Shown: positions 10,407 to 20,254 of the stretch, piece by piece
How positions within the stretch are numbered: the first letter of the stretch is position 1
How the letters are laid out: each line of letters starts with the position of its first letter
Assembly: GCA_002898555.1 (NCBI GenBank)
Contig: BEHR01000003.1
Location: 28,289 to 92,288, forward strand
Direction: 5' to 3'
Source: a bacterium HR15
Lineage (GTDB): Bacteria; Armatimonadota; Fimbriimonadia; Fimbriimonadales; GBS-DC
DNA length: 64,000 bases
Made by a program: the position numbers and the translations under genes
The notes under the pieces: generated by a model
The model's database searches: none
Told to the model about the DNA's origin: nothing
Seen by the model: only the letters and a program-made list of their open reading frames with translations

Positions 10407-10436
10407 AGTATACCTTTAGCCAGACTAAGAAATCAA
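10407..10436 (-). promoter_or_regulatory. sigma70 promoter with palindromic operator in the spacer
   Basis: TTGATT-N18-TATACT; spacer contains TTAGTCTGGCTAAA. Confidence 0.55.
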
Positions 10437-10500
10437 GTCCTTTGTGCCCATGCAGGAATCCCACCGTGCATCACCGTATTATAAGTATGGAGGTGAAGTG

Positions 10501-12072
10501 ATGCTCTTTTGTAGCCCCCATCCAACGGTGGAGATACCAGAGACGGGATTGGTGCAGTTTGTATATGCCAGCGCAGGCGCATACGGTGACAAGCCTGCCC
10601 TGATTGATGGGATGACAGGGCGCGTGCTGAGCTACGCCCAGCTCTGGCACGGTGTGCAGCGCGTGGCGGGCAACATGTCGAAGCGTGGGTTGAAAAAGGG
10701 CGAGGTAGTCGGTATTTACAGCCCCAACCTGCCCGAATATGCGCTGGCGTTTCATGGCGTTGTCCTTGCGGGTGGCGTCGTCACCACCGCCAACCCGCTT
10801 TATACCGTGGACGAATTAGCTTATCAACTGCGCGATTCGGGCGCAAAGTTCCTTATCAGTGTCGACGCCCTGCTGGAAAAAGCACTGCCCGCTGCCCAGA
10901 AAGCGGGGGTACAGGAGGTGTTCACGATTGGCGAAAGCCGGGAGGCAACTCCCTTCACCGAACTGCTTACCGATGCCGAGCCACCCGATGTGCCCATTCA
11001 CCCGCGCGATGATTTGGTGGTGCTACCCTACTCCAGCGGCACCACCGGACTACCCAAAGGCGTGATGTTAACCCACTATAACCTTGTGGCAAACATGGTA
11101 CAGGTGCTGGGGTCAGGGGTGAATCTTCAAACCGATGAGCGCGGGATGGGCATCCTGCCCTTTTATCACATTTACGGCATGCTGGTCATTCTGAACCTGT
11201 GCCTTTATAAGGGAGTGACCATCGTCACGCTGCCACGCTTTGACCTCGATCTCTTTCTCAAAACTTTACAGGACTACAAGATTACCCGCGCGAACCTCGT
11301 GCCGCCCATCATTCTGGCGCTGGCGAAGCAGCCCATCGTGGACCAGTACGACCTATCGAGCCTCAAGATTATCATGTCGGGCGCGGCGCCGTTAGGCGAG
11401 GAGGTCGCCCGTGCATGTAGTGAGCGACTGGGTTGCCTGGTATTGCAGGGCTATGGTTTGACCGAGACCAGCCCCGTCACGCATGTGAATCCTGAGGACC
11501 CCGCTCGTATCAAGCTTGCCTCCGTTGGTCCGCCCATCGCGAACACCGAATGCATGATTGTGGATGTCGGCACAGGGCAGCCCCTGGGCATTCGGGAAGA
11601 GGGTGAGGTCTGGATTCGTGGTCCGCAGGTGATGCGCGGTTATCTAAACAATCCGGAGGCAACCGCTGCCACCATCACACCCGACGGTTGGCTGCGTACG
11701 GGCGACATCGGCTATGCGGACGAAGACGGCTATTTTTACATTATCGACCGCGTGAAAGAGCTGATCAAATACAAAGGGCTTCAGGTGGCTCCAGCGGAGC
11801 TGGAAGCGGTGCTATTGAGCCATCCTGCCGTTGCTGATGCTGCTGTCATCCCCAGTCCTGACGAAGAGGCGGGCGAAGTGCCCAAGGCGTTCGTGGTGCT
11901 GAAATCACCCGCCACGGCCGAGGAGTTGATGGACTATGTGGCGCAGCGCGTCGCCCCCTTCAAAAAAATACGGCGCATCGAGTTCGTGGAGCAGATCCCG
12001 AAGTCGCCTTCGGGCAAAATCCTACGCCGCCTGCTGGTACAACAGGAACGCGGGCGTAAAGCAGCGGAATAA
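10501..12072 (+). CDS. 4-coumarate-CoA ligase-like acyl-CoA synthetase
   Basis: YSSGTTGLPKG, QGYGLTE, GEVWIRG, GWLRTGD, SGKILRR. Confidence 0.92.
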   Translation: MLFCSPHPTVEIPETGLVQFVYASAGAYGDKPALIDGMTGRVLSYAQLWHGVQRVAGNMSKRGLKKGEVVGIYSPNLPEYALAFHGVVLAGGVVTTANPLYTVDELAYQLRDSGAKFLISVDALLEKALPAAQKAGVQEVFTIGESREATPFTELLTDAEPPDVPIHPRDDLVVLPYSSGTTGLPKGVMLTHYNLVANMVQVLGSGVNLQTDERGMGILPFYHIYGMLVILNLCLYKGVTIVTLPRFDLDLFLKTLQDYKITRANLVPPIILALAKQPIVDQYDLSSLKIIMSGAAPLGEEVARACSERLGCLVLQGYGLTETSPVTHVNPEDPARIKLASVGPPIANTECMIVDVGTGQPLGIREEGEVWIRGPQVMRGYLNNPEATAATITPDGWLRTGDIGYADEDGYFYIIDRVKELIKYKGLQVAPAELEAVLLSHPAVADAAVIPSPDEEAGEVPKAFVVLKSPATAEELMDYVAQRVAPFKKIRRIEFVEQIPKSPSGKILRRLLVQQERGRKAAE

Positions 12073-12159
12073 ATAGGCAAGCGCAACACCCAGAACGCCG
12101 TGCCGAATGACAAGCGCCCCCACAAGCCGATTCTATCTTCGCCAGCGACCCTCCTCATC

Positions 12160-12188
12160 GTAGGGGCGATCTGTCGGGTCGCCCTTAC
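12160..12188. repeat. GTAG-type REP palindrome
   Basis: gtaggggcgatctgtcgggtcgcccttac; related copy at 51128. Confidence 0.65.
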
Positions 12189-12248
12189 AAAGTGTTTTGG
12201 GGCAGACACAGGGGTTTGCCGCTCCATGCCCTCCACGCGTGAGACAGA

Positions 12249-12350
12249 TCATCCTTCAGCGTATTACATGCCCATTTCAAGACCTTGTTCGCGAAAGTAT
12301 CGGCTCAGCTTCTGTGGGGTGCGTAGGTCAACTTTTCTGCCGTCTAATAA
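12249..12350 (-). pseudogene. Remnant of an MNT nucleotidyltransferase antitoxin (MNT-HEPN TA)
   Basis: Translates LLDGRKVDLRTPQKLSRYFREQGLEMGM*YAEG*; internal stop, 5' part missing. Confidence 0.6.
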
Positions 12351-12480
12351 GTTAGACCCTCTTCCCTGCCGCAGGATATTATTGGTGGATGGTAGGAAGA
12401 TCGCCATGCACAGCGAATAGGTCGATATCTGGTGCTGAGCCGAAAAGGCGGTTTCGCTAATAATGACAGGAGGGTAAACG

Positions 12481-13851
12481 ATGAGCCTTGCAGATCGGTT
12501 GGCAAGCTATGCCGTGTCGCTGCGCTACGAGCAGCTGCCGCCTGACACGGTGCACGAGGTGAAGCGTCGTTGGATCGATTCGATTGCCTGTGCCTTCGGT
12601 GCGTGGCGCAGCGAGACCGCTGACCTCGTGCGCCGCGTCGCGATGCAGGTGAGCAGCCCTTATGGCGCAACCATACTGGGCACCTCCCACAAAGCCTCAC
12701 CCGACTGGGCAGCCTTCGCGAATGGGCTGTTCATCCGCTATTTGGACTACAACGACACCTATCTTTCGAAAGAGCCTGCCCATCCGAGCGATAATCTGGC
12801 AGCGATTTGGGCGGTCGCCGAAGCGGAGCGCGCCACGGGCAAAGAGGCGATTGTGGCGACGGTGCTGGCGTATGAGATTCAGTGTCGGCTCTGCAACGCG
12901 GCGAGCTTGCGGGCGCGTGGCTGGGACCATGTGAACTATGGGCTGTTCTCCGCGTCCGCTGCCGCCTCGCGCCTGATGGGGCTTTCCCCAGAAGCAACGC
13001 GCCATGCCATGAGCATCGCGGGCGTCTCGGGGCTGGCAATGCGCCAAACGCGCGTAGGTGAGCTTTCCATGTGGAAGGGGTGCGCCTTCTCGAATGCCAG
13101 TCGTCACGCCGTGTTCGCCAGCTGGCTCGCCAAACATGGCATGACGGGACCTTCTGAAATTTTCGAGGGCAAGATGGGCTTTATGAAGCAAGTTTCCGGC
13201 GAGTTCCACCTGGGTGCACTGGGCGGCGAGGAAGGACGAACTTTTATGATTAATGAGACCTATATCAAATATTTTCCAGTAGAGTATCACGCGCAGAGTG
13301 CGGTTTGGGCAGCGCTCGCTTTGCGCGAACGGGTTGGGGGCGACCTGTCGCAGGTCGAGACGGTGGAGATCGACACTTTTGAGGCAAGCTATTCGATTAT
13401 TGGTAGTGAACCTGAAAAATGGTTGCCCCGAAGCCGCGAGACGGCCGACCACAGCCTGCCCTATATTGTGGGTGTCGCGCTGGTCGATGGGAAGGTTGAC
13501 CTCAACTCGTTTGAGCCGTCGCGTTATACAGACCCCGACCTGCTTGCCTTCTTGCAAAAAATTCATGTGCGCCACGATCCCGCGCTCGATGCGGGTTATC
13601 CCGCAGGCATTCCGAACCGAATCACCCTGTGCTTGCGTGATGGAACCGTGCTGACTGAGGAGAACACCTTCCCGCGTGGGCATGCCCGCAACCCGATGAG
13701 CGACGGGGAGGTAGAAGCCAAGTTTCGTCGCCTGACCGAATGGGCACTCACCCCGACGCGCCAAGATGACATCTTACACTTTCTGTGGAATCTGGAAGCA
13801 CAAGCCACGCTCCACCCTCTGATGGAGATGCTGGTGCTTCACCCCGCGTGA
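12481..13851 (+). CDS. prpD: MmgE/PrpD family 2-methylcitrate dehydratase
   Basis: IRYLDYND, HPSDN, LSMWKG, ETADHSLPY, GHARNP. Confidence 0.9.
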   Translation: MSLADRLASYAVSLRYEQLPPDTVHEVKRRWIDSIACAFGAWRSETADLVRRVAMQVSSPYGATILGTSHKASPDWAAFANGLFIRYLDYNDTYLSKEPAHPSDNLAAIWAVAEAERATGKEAIVATVLAYEIQCRLCNAASLRARGWDHVNYGLFSASAAASRLMGLSPEATRHAMSIAGVSGLAMRQTRVGELSMWKGCAFSNASRHAVFASWLAKHGMTGPSEIFEGKMGFMKQVSGEFHLGALGGEEGRTFMINETYIKYFPVEYHAQSAVWAALALRERVGGDLSQVETVEIDTFEASYSIIGSEPEKWLPRSRETADHSLPYIVGVALVDGKVDLNSFEPSRYTDPDLLAFLQKIHVRHDPALDAGYPAGIPNRITLCLRDGTVLTEENTFPRGHARNPMSDGEVEAKFRRLTEWALTPTRQDDILHFLWNLEAQATLHPLMEMLVLHPA

Positions 13852-14078
13852 AACCAGCAGGGCAGTCGCCTCTCCGTGCCTCCACTCATGGGTCAGGAGC
13901 GCGTTTCGAAGGGCAGCCGATAGCCACGCTGCACGAAAACCCGTTATCATCTCGGTGTGAAAATCGCGCCACGCCTGCGCCTCAGTATATGGCTCCATCC
14001 CGACGACCCGATGTTGCGCCATGGAGAGTATGGTACCCGTCACACGCTCTGACCGTTCCTCAACCCATCGGGACAAGG

Positions 14079-17000
14079 TTAGCCATCGAACGGCACTTCG
14101 CCCCAAGGCGCCAGCAGCGCTATGGTCAAGCGGCGCAGCGGTTCCAACAGCTGCTCTTGGGAGACGCGCTGCACTTCCTGACGGATTTGTTCCAGATTCT
14201 CTGGGGGTAGGTGCGCCTGGATGGCGTCTCGCCAAGCCGTGGGGGCTTCGGGGGCGAACCGCTCAAGCCATATCAGCCAGCGCGCCGCGTTATGGGGATC
14301 GTTGTTTTGGAGCGCGAGCTGGGCAAGTGCCTGCAGCGTGGGAGCTACCTGCTGGGGCTGTCCCTCGTGGAGGCTCACAAAAAGCCGTGCGCTTTGCCAG
14401 CGGATCGCTTCCTCCAGCGCGCCCTGCCGTTCCGCCAGTTCCGCCAAGTTCTGCAGCACGCGAGGCAGGTACCAGAATAATCGGTTGCGCAGGATACATT
14501 CCAAACTTCTGTGAAACAGAGTGGAGGCGGTTTCGTGGTCACCCTCGTGCAGGGCGATATCCGCCAGGTTGTTGAGGGCAGCCGCCTCACCGATGCCTTC
14601 GTGGAGCGCTTGCCACAGGGTGTTCGCTTGTAGGCACAATTCCCGTGCGCGGGCGTATTCACCTCGCTCGCGCAACCAGACGCTCCAGTTGTTCAGCAGG
14701 GTGGCGATGGTGCGCTGGTCGCCAAGCTGTTGCGCCAGTTGCAGTGTCGCGATGAGCAGGGCTTCTGCCTGCTCCTTTTGCCCCATTTGATAAAGCACAT
14801 TCGCCAGGTTGCTCATGATTTTCATTCGGAGCAGCGGCGCCGTATCGGGAACCGTGAGTTCCAGGGCTTCTTCAAGGGCGCAAGCCGCTGCGGACAGCTC
14901 TTCGCGGATCCAGAGCGCGATCGCCAGGTGGTTCAACGCCTCCGCGCGCTCTAACGGTGCATCGAGGGTCTGAAACCGCCGTATTGCCCGCTGCAGATAG
15001 GCGATGCTGCATTCGCATTCGCCCTGCATCCAGTAGTAGTAGCCCGCCATGACCCACAGCTGCGCGCTTACCCGCGATTCGGAACGCCGCTCCGCAAGCG
15101 GCAGGTATTGTTGTAATAACGCCTCCGCCTGAGCCATGTCACCCCGGCGCACCGCCAGATTCGTCACGATGCGCGCCGCTTGGAGCTGCTGCTCTATGTC
15201 CGCGAGTCGATCGGGCAACTGGCAAAGGAGCGGGTAGATTGTTTGCCCGCTGCCGCGCCTCTCCCAGAAAAGGGCGAGCGCGTTGGCAAGTCGCAGTGCT
15301 TGCCCGGGCGCATGCTCTAAGCCCCATGCGAGCGCGGCTTCCAAGTTTGCCCGCTCCTGTTCCAGCATCTCCCAGCTCTCCAATTTGTCCTGAAGCTGCT
15401 CCGCCAACATGACCATGTAGTTCAGATGTGCTTCGCGAGCTTGTTGCATCTGCCCCTCGGATGCGAGTTGCTCCTCTGCAAACAGGCGCACCGGCTCCAG
15501 CAATCGGTATCGCTCTCGGTCAGGGTGAGTAGCGAGTGGCGAGTAGCGAGTAATCAGGGAGACCCGCATGAGTTCGGATAAGGCTTCAGAGAGGCTCTTC
15601 TCCTTGTTGGCCGCGGTGAGTAGGGGGTCATTTAGGAGTGTGGAGGCGATGGCTTGTGCAGCGGCTTGGGTAAATCCCCCTCGAAAGACGCTCAACCACA
15701 TTAGTAAGGCACGTGCTTCTGCCGACAGCAGCGCATAGGTCGCTTTGAGTGAGGCTTGCAGGGTATGTCCGATGGCTCCTGACGGGCGCTTGCTAAGCCA
15801 CTTGAGGGGCGCGGGATGAGTGGATTGTAGCCGTTTTCGTATCTCAGCGAGGGAGCAGCTGCCCACTCGTGCTGCCACCAACTCAATCGCCAACGGCAAT
15901 CCCTCCAGCAGGCGACATAAGGCGGCTACCTCTGCTGCGTTCCGTTCGGTCAGCCGAAAATCGGGTGCTATCTGGCGCGCTCGCTCCACAAACAGCCGTA
16001 CGGCGGCATAACGCTGCAGGGCTTCCACTTCCTCCACCCCTTCGGGCGGCACCGGCAGTGGCTCCAGGGAGAACAGTTGCTCCTCCGTAATGCCAATGGG
16101 CTGTTGGGAGGCGACCATCACGCGCAAGCCTGTTATGCCCCTTAGCAGCTGTGTCAACTCCGCCTTTTGTCCCTCTGACCAGGCGTTTGCGCCGTCTATG
16201 GCGAGTAGTGCGGGACGACCACCGAGCGCTCCGCTGAGCGCGTGCACGAGTGGTTCCACGCCGCGCCACTCCCAGCCCAACCGCCGTGCAAGTGCTTCCG
16301 CTATGGATTCGCCCGCCGAGATGTCCTCGCCTGAGCTGCGCCGACTACCTGCTTGGTACTCCGCGGGCAAAGAGAGTTCGTCTCCGTGCAGGGTGATCCA
16401 CCAGCGCGCCTCCCCAAAGAAAGGCTCCATGCGCCATGCGCATTCCAAGATGAAGCGGCTTTTGCCCACACCCGGCGCCCCGACGACGGTGATCAGTTGC
16501 CCCTCGCTGGCTTGCAATAAGGCTTGCAACTGGGCTAACTCCATATCCCGCCCAAGAAAGGAGGTTGGCACGCGCGGGAGGGCAGGCTGCAGGGGAGATC
16601 GCGCCCGCAACGGTGCAAAGAGCTGTTCCCGCCCCGCAAAATCGAACTGATAGACCTGCTCATTACTGCCCTGCTCGCTCAAGCGATAACAGCCCAGATG
16701 GCGCAGAGTGAATCGGGTAACTCCCCGTGCCTGGGGCAGCAGTAAAGCTGCCCGCTCGGTGCAAAGGATCTGGTGTGGGTAGCCTGCCTGCAGCAGCTGT
16801 TCCACGACCTGCAGTGGCTTCCCACCATACCGTCCCAAACTATAGCGCAGCTCACCAATATCCATGGCGAAGCGAGCGGCTTTGAGCTGCGCGTGTAGGG
16901 GGTCCAGCGCTTTGAGCAACGCTTCCAGCGAGCTAAAGAAGGACCGAATGCCTGTCGTCGTCGCTTCCAGCACGAACCCGCCGCTGGCGCCAATCACTTG

Positions 17001-17642
17001 TCGCGCCCAGCTCCGTAGACGCTCTAAGGGGGTCTCATTCTCCAGTCCCAGCACGACGCCCAGCCCACAGGGCGGATTCGAAGCGATGAAGGTGGTCGGG
17101 TCGCGTGAAGACAGATTCGCGCGCGCTTCAGCCGGTTGGAGCTGCTGGAGGGCGTCGTGATAGAGCTGGCGCAGGCGTTCACGCTCCGCCTGAATCCAAG
17201 GCTCATCAAAGCCGATGAGAAAATCGCCAGTGTAGAGGCTGCAAGCGCGTTTCAGCAGCTGTCGCTGCTCGGCGGGGTTGGAAGCGTTCGCTGCCTGCTG
17301 AAGAGCGTCTTCGAAAGCAGCGACATCGGTTTCGATCAGCTCGGGATTCAAACCCACAAAGCGGCGGTCCGTTTGCAGTATCGTTCCAGCGGGCACGCTG
17401 AGCGGTTCCAGCAGTCGCCTCAGCATCGTCAGCGCCACGCGCAGATTGTTCCGTGCTGCCGCGGCGGGCAGGTCGCCCCAAAACAGTTTGAGCAGGCGCT
17501 CGCGCGGGTGTCGCTGAGGGTAGCGCAGCAAATAGGCCAGCAGTTGGGCCACCTTGCGCGTGCGAAACCGCGTGCACGGCTGTCCATTCACCTCTACTTG
17601 CAACTCGCCCAGCAGCCGCGCTTTCACCATTCCAACACGCAT
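14079..17642 (-). CDS. AfsR/SARP-family regulator (wHTH-BTAD + NB-ARC-like ATPase + TPR)
   Basis: RERLLKLFW, LYTGDFL..W; GAPGVGKS; LEGLPLAIEL; TPRs; start may be 17630. Confidence 0.88.
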   Translation of the reverse strand: MRVGMVKARLLGELQVEVNGQPCTRFRTRKVAQLLAYLLRYPQRHPRERLLKLFWGDLPAAAARNNLRVALTMLRRLLEPLSVPAGTILQTDRRFVGLNPELIETDVAAFEDALQQAANASNPAEQRQLLKRACSLYTGDFLIGFDEPWIQAERERLRQLYHDALQQLQPAEARANLSSRDPTTFIASNPPCGLGVVLGLENETPLERLRSWARQVIGASGGFVLEATTTGIRSFFSSLEALLKALDPLHAQLKAARFAMDIGELRYSLGRYGGKPLQVVEQLLQAGYPHQILCTERAALLLPQARGVTRFTLRHLGCYRLSEQGSNEQVYQFDFAGREQLFAPLRARSPLQPALPRVPTSFLGRDMELAQLQALLQASEGQLITVVGAPGVGKSRFILECAWRMEPFFGEARWWITLHGDELSLPAEYQAGSRRSSGEDISAGESIAEALARRLGWEWRGVEPLVHALSGALGGRPALLAIDGANAWSEGQKAELTQLLRGITGLRVMVASQQPIGITEEQLFSLEPLPVPPEGVEEVEALQRYAAVRLFVERARQIAPDFRLTERNAAEVAALCRLLEGLPLAIELVAARVGSCSLAEIRKRLQSTHPAPLKWLSKRPSGAIGHTLQASLKATYALLSAEARALLMWLSVFRGGFTQAAAQAIASTLLNDPLLTAANKEKSLSEALSELMRVSLITRYSPLATHPDRERYRLLEPVRLFAEEQLASEGQMQQAREAHLNYMVMLAEQLQDKLESWEMLEQERANLEAALAWGLEHAPGQALRLANALALFWERRGSGQTIYPLLCQLPDRLADIEQQLQAARIVTNLAVRRGDMAQAEALLQQYLPLAERRSESRVSAQLWVMAGYYYWMQGECECSIAYLQRAIRRFQTLDAPLERAEALNHLAIALWIREELSAAACALEEALELTVPDTAPLLRMKIMSNLANVLYQMGQKEQAEALLIATLQLAQQLGDQRTIATLLNNWSVWLRERGEYARARELCLQANTLWQALHEGIGEAAALNNLADIALHEGDHETASTLFHRSLECILRNRLFWYLPRVLQNLAELAERQGALEEAIRWQSARLFVSLHEGQPQQVAPTLQALAQLALQNNDPHNAARWLIWLERFAPEAPTAWRDAIQAHLPPENLEQIRQEVQRVSQEQLLEPLRRLTIALLAPWGEVPFDG

Positions 17643-17664
17643 GATACCAAATCGAAGACACCCG

Positions 17665-17700
17665 CTTAACCCACACTTAACGCCCCCGATAGGGTATGAT
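17665..17700 (+). promoter_or_regulatory. Candidate SARP operator and -10
   Basis: CTTAAC direct repeats at 17665 and 17676 (11-bp period); TATGAT at 17695. Confidence 0.45.
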
Positions 17701-17733
17701 TAAGCAGGGTTCCATCCCCAGAAAAGGAGGCTA

Positions 17734-18855
17734 ATGATGATGCGCACAAGTCTGATTCTGGCAGCAACGGCGGTATTGCTGGTGACCAGCCCCGCTCAGC
17801 AGGTGCTGGGCAACAACAAGGGCAAGGTGCGGGCGACGAACGCGCTCGCGGACATCAGCATGACGGAGAACCCACTCCAGTGGAGCCGACGCGATTTCCA
17901 GGACAGCACCAACTCCGAGAGCTTTGGCTTCTGGCCTGCCTATACCATCCAGAACAACACCTTTGACCCCGATTTCGGTCAGGGTGACGACACGGGCGAT
18001 GTGACGATTACAACCGTACAATCGCTGATCGACGCAGGCTGGCCCGCATCCTTCACCATTCCGCGCTATCTGTTCCGTCAGGGCGGTGCGTACACGAACA
18101 ACAGCCTGGTGGGCGACCACAACCCTGTCGGTACCGTTTGGATCAAATATGAGCTGGACGATAGCAATCCAAGCGGCTGGAATGTACGCAAGATCCAAGT
18201 GTTCGCTTGGGATGTGCGCGATGTGATTCACAAATCCATCGCGACCAAGACACGCTCCTTCTCGGACACTGCTGCGCCCTATCGCATCGATGTGTATGTT
18301 GCCAGCGCGGACAGTAACCCGGCCGCCAGCCCTGCAGGCAATCCCGAATGGACCTTCGTGGGCACGCTCAGCGTGGCAAACGGCACCATCCCGCTGGTTT
18401 GCCAATGGGATGCCAGCACGAACAATACCTTCGGTGAGTGCCCCCAGGCGTTCATCGACTTCATCAGTGGTAACAACTCCGCGGGCGTTGCCTTTCACCA
18501 GAACCCGACTCATGATATCTGGTACTCCACACTAAATGTGTCGGGGCAGAGCGGGATTCGATATGTGGCGCTGGTCATCCCCCAGGGCAATCAGTATGGT
18601 CAGGACCCCAACTTGAACGCCAGCAACCGCACCAGCTCGAGCCTGCGCTATACCAACTTTACCGATGTGCGGGTATTCGCTGGTGTGGAAGGGGATGTGG
18701 ACGGCAACGGTTGCGTGGATGATGCCGACTTGCTGGCGGTACTGTTCGCTTTTGGCTGCAGCTCGAGCTGCGGTGCCGAGGATGTGAATGGCGACGGCAC
18801 GGTGGACGATGCGGACCTGCTGGCCGTCTTGTTCGCCTTCGGGCAGGGCTGCTAA
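17734..18855 (+). CDS. Secreted protein with C-terminal dockerin/EF-hand-like double repeat
   Basis: Signal peptide; GDVDGNGCVDDADLLAVLFAFG and DVNGDGTVDDADLLAVLFAFG. Confidence 0.85.
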   Translation: MMMRTSLILAATAVLLVTSPAQQVLGNNKGKVRATNALADISMTENPLQWSRRDFQDSTNSESFGFWPAYTIQNNTFDPDFGQGDDTGDVTITTVQSLIDAGWPASFTIPRYLFRQGGAYTNNSLVGDHNPVGTVWIKYELDDSNPSGWNVRKIQVFAWDVRDVIHKSIATKTRSFSDTAAPYRIDVYVASADSNPAASPAGNPEWTFVGTLSVANGTIPLVCQWDASTNNTFGECPQAFIDFISGNNSAGVAFHQNPTHDIWYSTLNVSGQSGIRYVALVIPQGNQYGQDPNLNASNRTSSSLRYTNFTDVRVFAGVEGDVDGNGCVDDADLLAVLFAFGCSSSCGAEDVNGDGTVDDADLLAVLFAFGQGC

Positions 18856-18877
18856 CCCTGAAGCAACAGCCTGACTT

Positions 18878-18961
18878 AACCACAGAGTCCACAGAGGGCA
18901 CAGAGGGCATCACGCAAGGGCAACGGAAGATGTCTCCGTGAACTCTGTGTCCTCTGTGGTT
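18878..18961. repeat. CACAGAG-type palindromic repeat between convergent genes
   Basis: aaccacagag..cacagag..cacagag / ctctgtg..ctctgtggtt. Confidence 0.65.
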
Positions 18962-18984
18962 CAAGCAGGTCGCGATAGGGTCTT

Positions 18985-19242
18985 TTAATCCCCGCTGTCG
19001 CTGAAGAACACCTCGACAGGGATCAACCCCATCTGGGCTGCGCGACGGAACGCCTTCACCCGGTTGTTCACATTCAGTTTCTCGTAGATGTTCGCCAGGT
19101 GGAAATCCACAGTGCGCTTGCTGACGAACAGGGCGTCTGCCACCTCCTGTGAAGAGCGTCCCTGCGCAATAAGACTCAGCACCTCGATCTCACGCTTCGT
19201 TAGCCGAACGGGCTTCTGCGATTGCCAGTTCCTTTGGCTCAT
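18985..19242 (-). CDS. Stand-alone LuxR-type HTH regulator
   Basis: LTKREIEVL..G.SSQEVA..LFVSKRTVDFHLANIYEKL; GGAGGAG RBS. Confidence 0.9.
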   Translation of the reverse strand: MSQRNWQSQKPVRLTKREIEVLSLIAQGRSSQEVADALFVSKRTVDFHLANIYEKLNVNNRVKAFRRAAQMGLIPVEVFFSDSGD

Positions 19243-19332
19243 GGTTTCTCCTCCGGTCCATTGGTGAGTATCCGCCGCCCGTAAGGGGCTTATTCCATAT
19301 CCACCTCGCGTTTTCACATGGAGCGGAGGGCT

Positions 19333-19715
19333 GGGGGTGTTCGAAAATTCATGCGGCTCGCTGGAGGGCGAGGCTCCCGCCGAGCCGAATCTGGAGAGCG
19401 AGGCTCCCGCCGAGCCGTTAAAGAATATTGGCATAGGTGTTGGGGAGCAGACAAAATTTTCTTTTCCGGGGTACCCCCAAAATTTTTTCTCTGGGGTACC
19501 CTGCTGGGTCGGAAAAGAAAATTTTGCACGCAGGGCTGCCCCTCCACGCTGGGAGGCTCGCCTTCCACGCCCCTCGCCCTTTGGGAGAGGGTCTGGAGGT
19601 GCGGGTATGGGGCAGGCACGGAGGTCTGCCCCTACACGCCAGGAGGCTCGCCCTCCAGTTGGGGCGATGGGTGAGCAGCGAGTGGCGAGTGGTGAGCGGA
19701 TTTTTCGAACATCCT
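19333..19715. mobile_element. MITE-like composite element A
   Basis: TIR gggggtgttcgaaaa / ttttcgaacatcctc; internal REP modules. Confidence 0.7.
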
Positions 19716-19724
19716 CCAGAGGGC

Positions 19725-19754
19725 TTGACTTCTGCCTCCCGTTTGGAGTATAAT
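19725..19754 (+). promoter_or_regulatory. sigma70 promoter of the fur/ATPase operon
   Basis: TTGACT-N18-TATAAT. Confidence 0.65.
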
Positions 19755-19777
19755 TTGCTGTGGAGAGTGATTATCCG

Positions 19778-20254
19778 ATGGAAACGCGGATGATGAACCA
19801 TCTGATCGACGGGTTGAAGCGAGCAGGGCTACGCCTAACGCCGCAGCGTGTCGCCATCTGCCGATTGCTTGCCGAAAGCAAGGACCATCCGACTGCCTCG
19901 ATGATTTATCACGCGCTGCTGCCGCAGTTCCCCACCCTGAGTTTGGCAACCGTGTACAAGACACTCGATGTCCTAAAGCGGCTGGGGCTGGTGCAGTCGC
20001 TGGGTGATGCGGGGGATGGTTGCGAACATTATGACGCCGATCTGACCCCGCATATCAATCTGGTCTGCGTGCGCTGCCATCGGGTCAGCGACTATGTGGA
20101 GGAAGCCATCCAGCAGGTGGAGCAACGGGTGGCGGAGCGATCGGGCTATGAGATTCAGGGCGCGCGCATCGTCTATTACGGGCTATGCCCCACCTGTCGC
20201 AATGGTGAAAAAACGCCGCAGATTGAGGAACAAAGTTCAGGAGGTGTACGGTGA
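19778..20254 (+). CDS. Fur family regulator, PerR-like
   Basis: RLTPQR, HPTA, SLATVYKTL, CxxC twice; start uncertain. Confidence 0.9.
   Translation: METRMMNHLIDGLKRAGLRLTPQRVAICRLLAESKDHPTASMIYHALLPQFPTLSLATVYKTLDVLKRLGLVQSLGDAGDGCEHYDADLTPHINLVCVRCHRVSDYVEEAIQQVEQRVAERSGYEIQGARIVYYGLCPTCRNGEKTPQIEEQSSGGVR

Noticed and set aside
12697-13764. Long antisense ORFs (also 55642-56706, 60186-61166 and others)
   Set aside because: Shadow or alternative frames of well-supported genes in GC-rich DNA.
13774-14235. Minus-strand ORF between prpD and the SARP gene
   Set aside because: Overlaps both neighbours and has no recognisable motif.
19314-19801. Several overlapping ORFs (also at 34.7 kb and 57.7 kb)
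   Set aside because: Translations of MITE/REP sequence.
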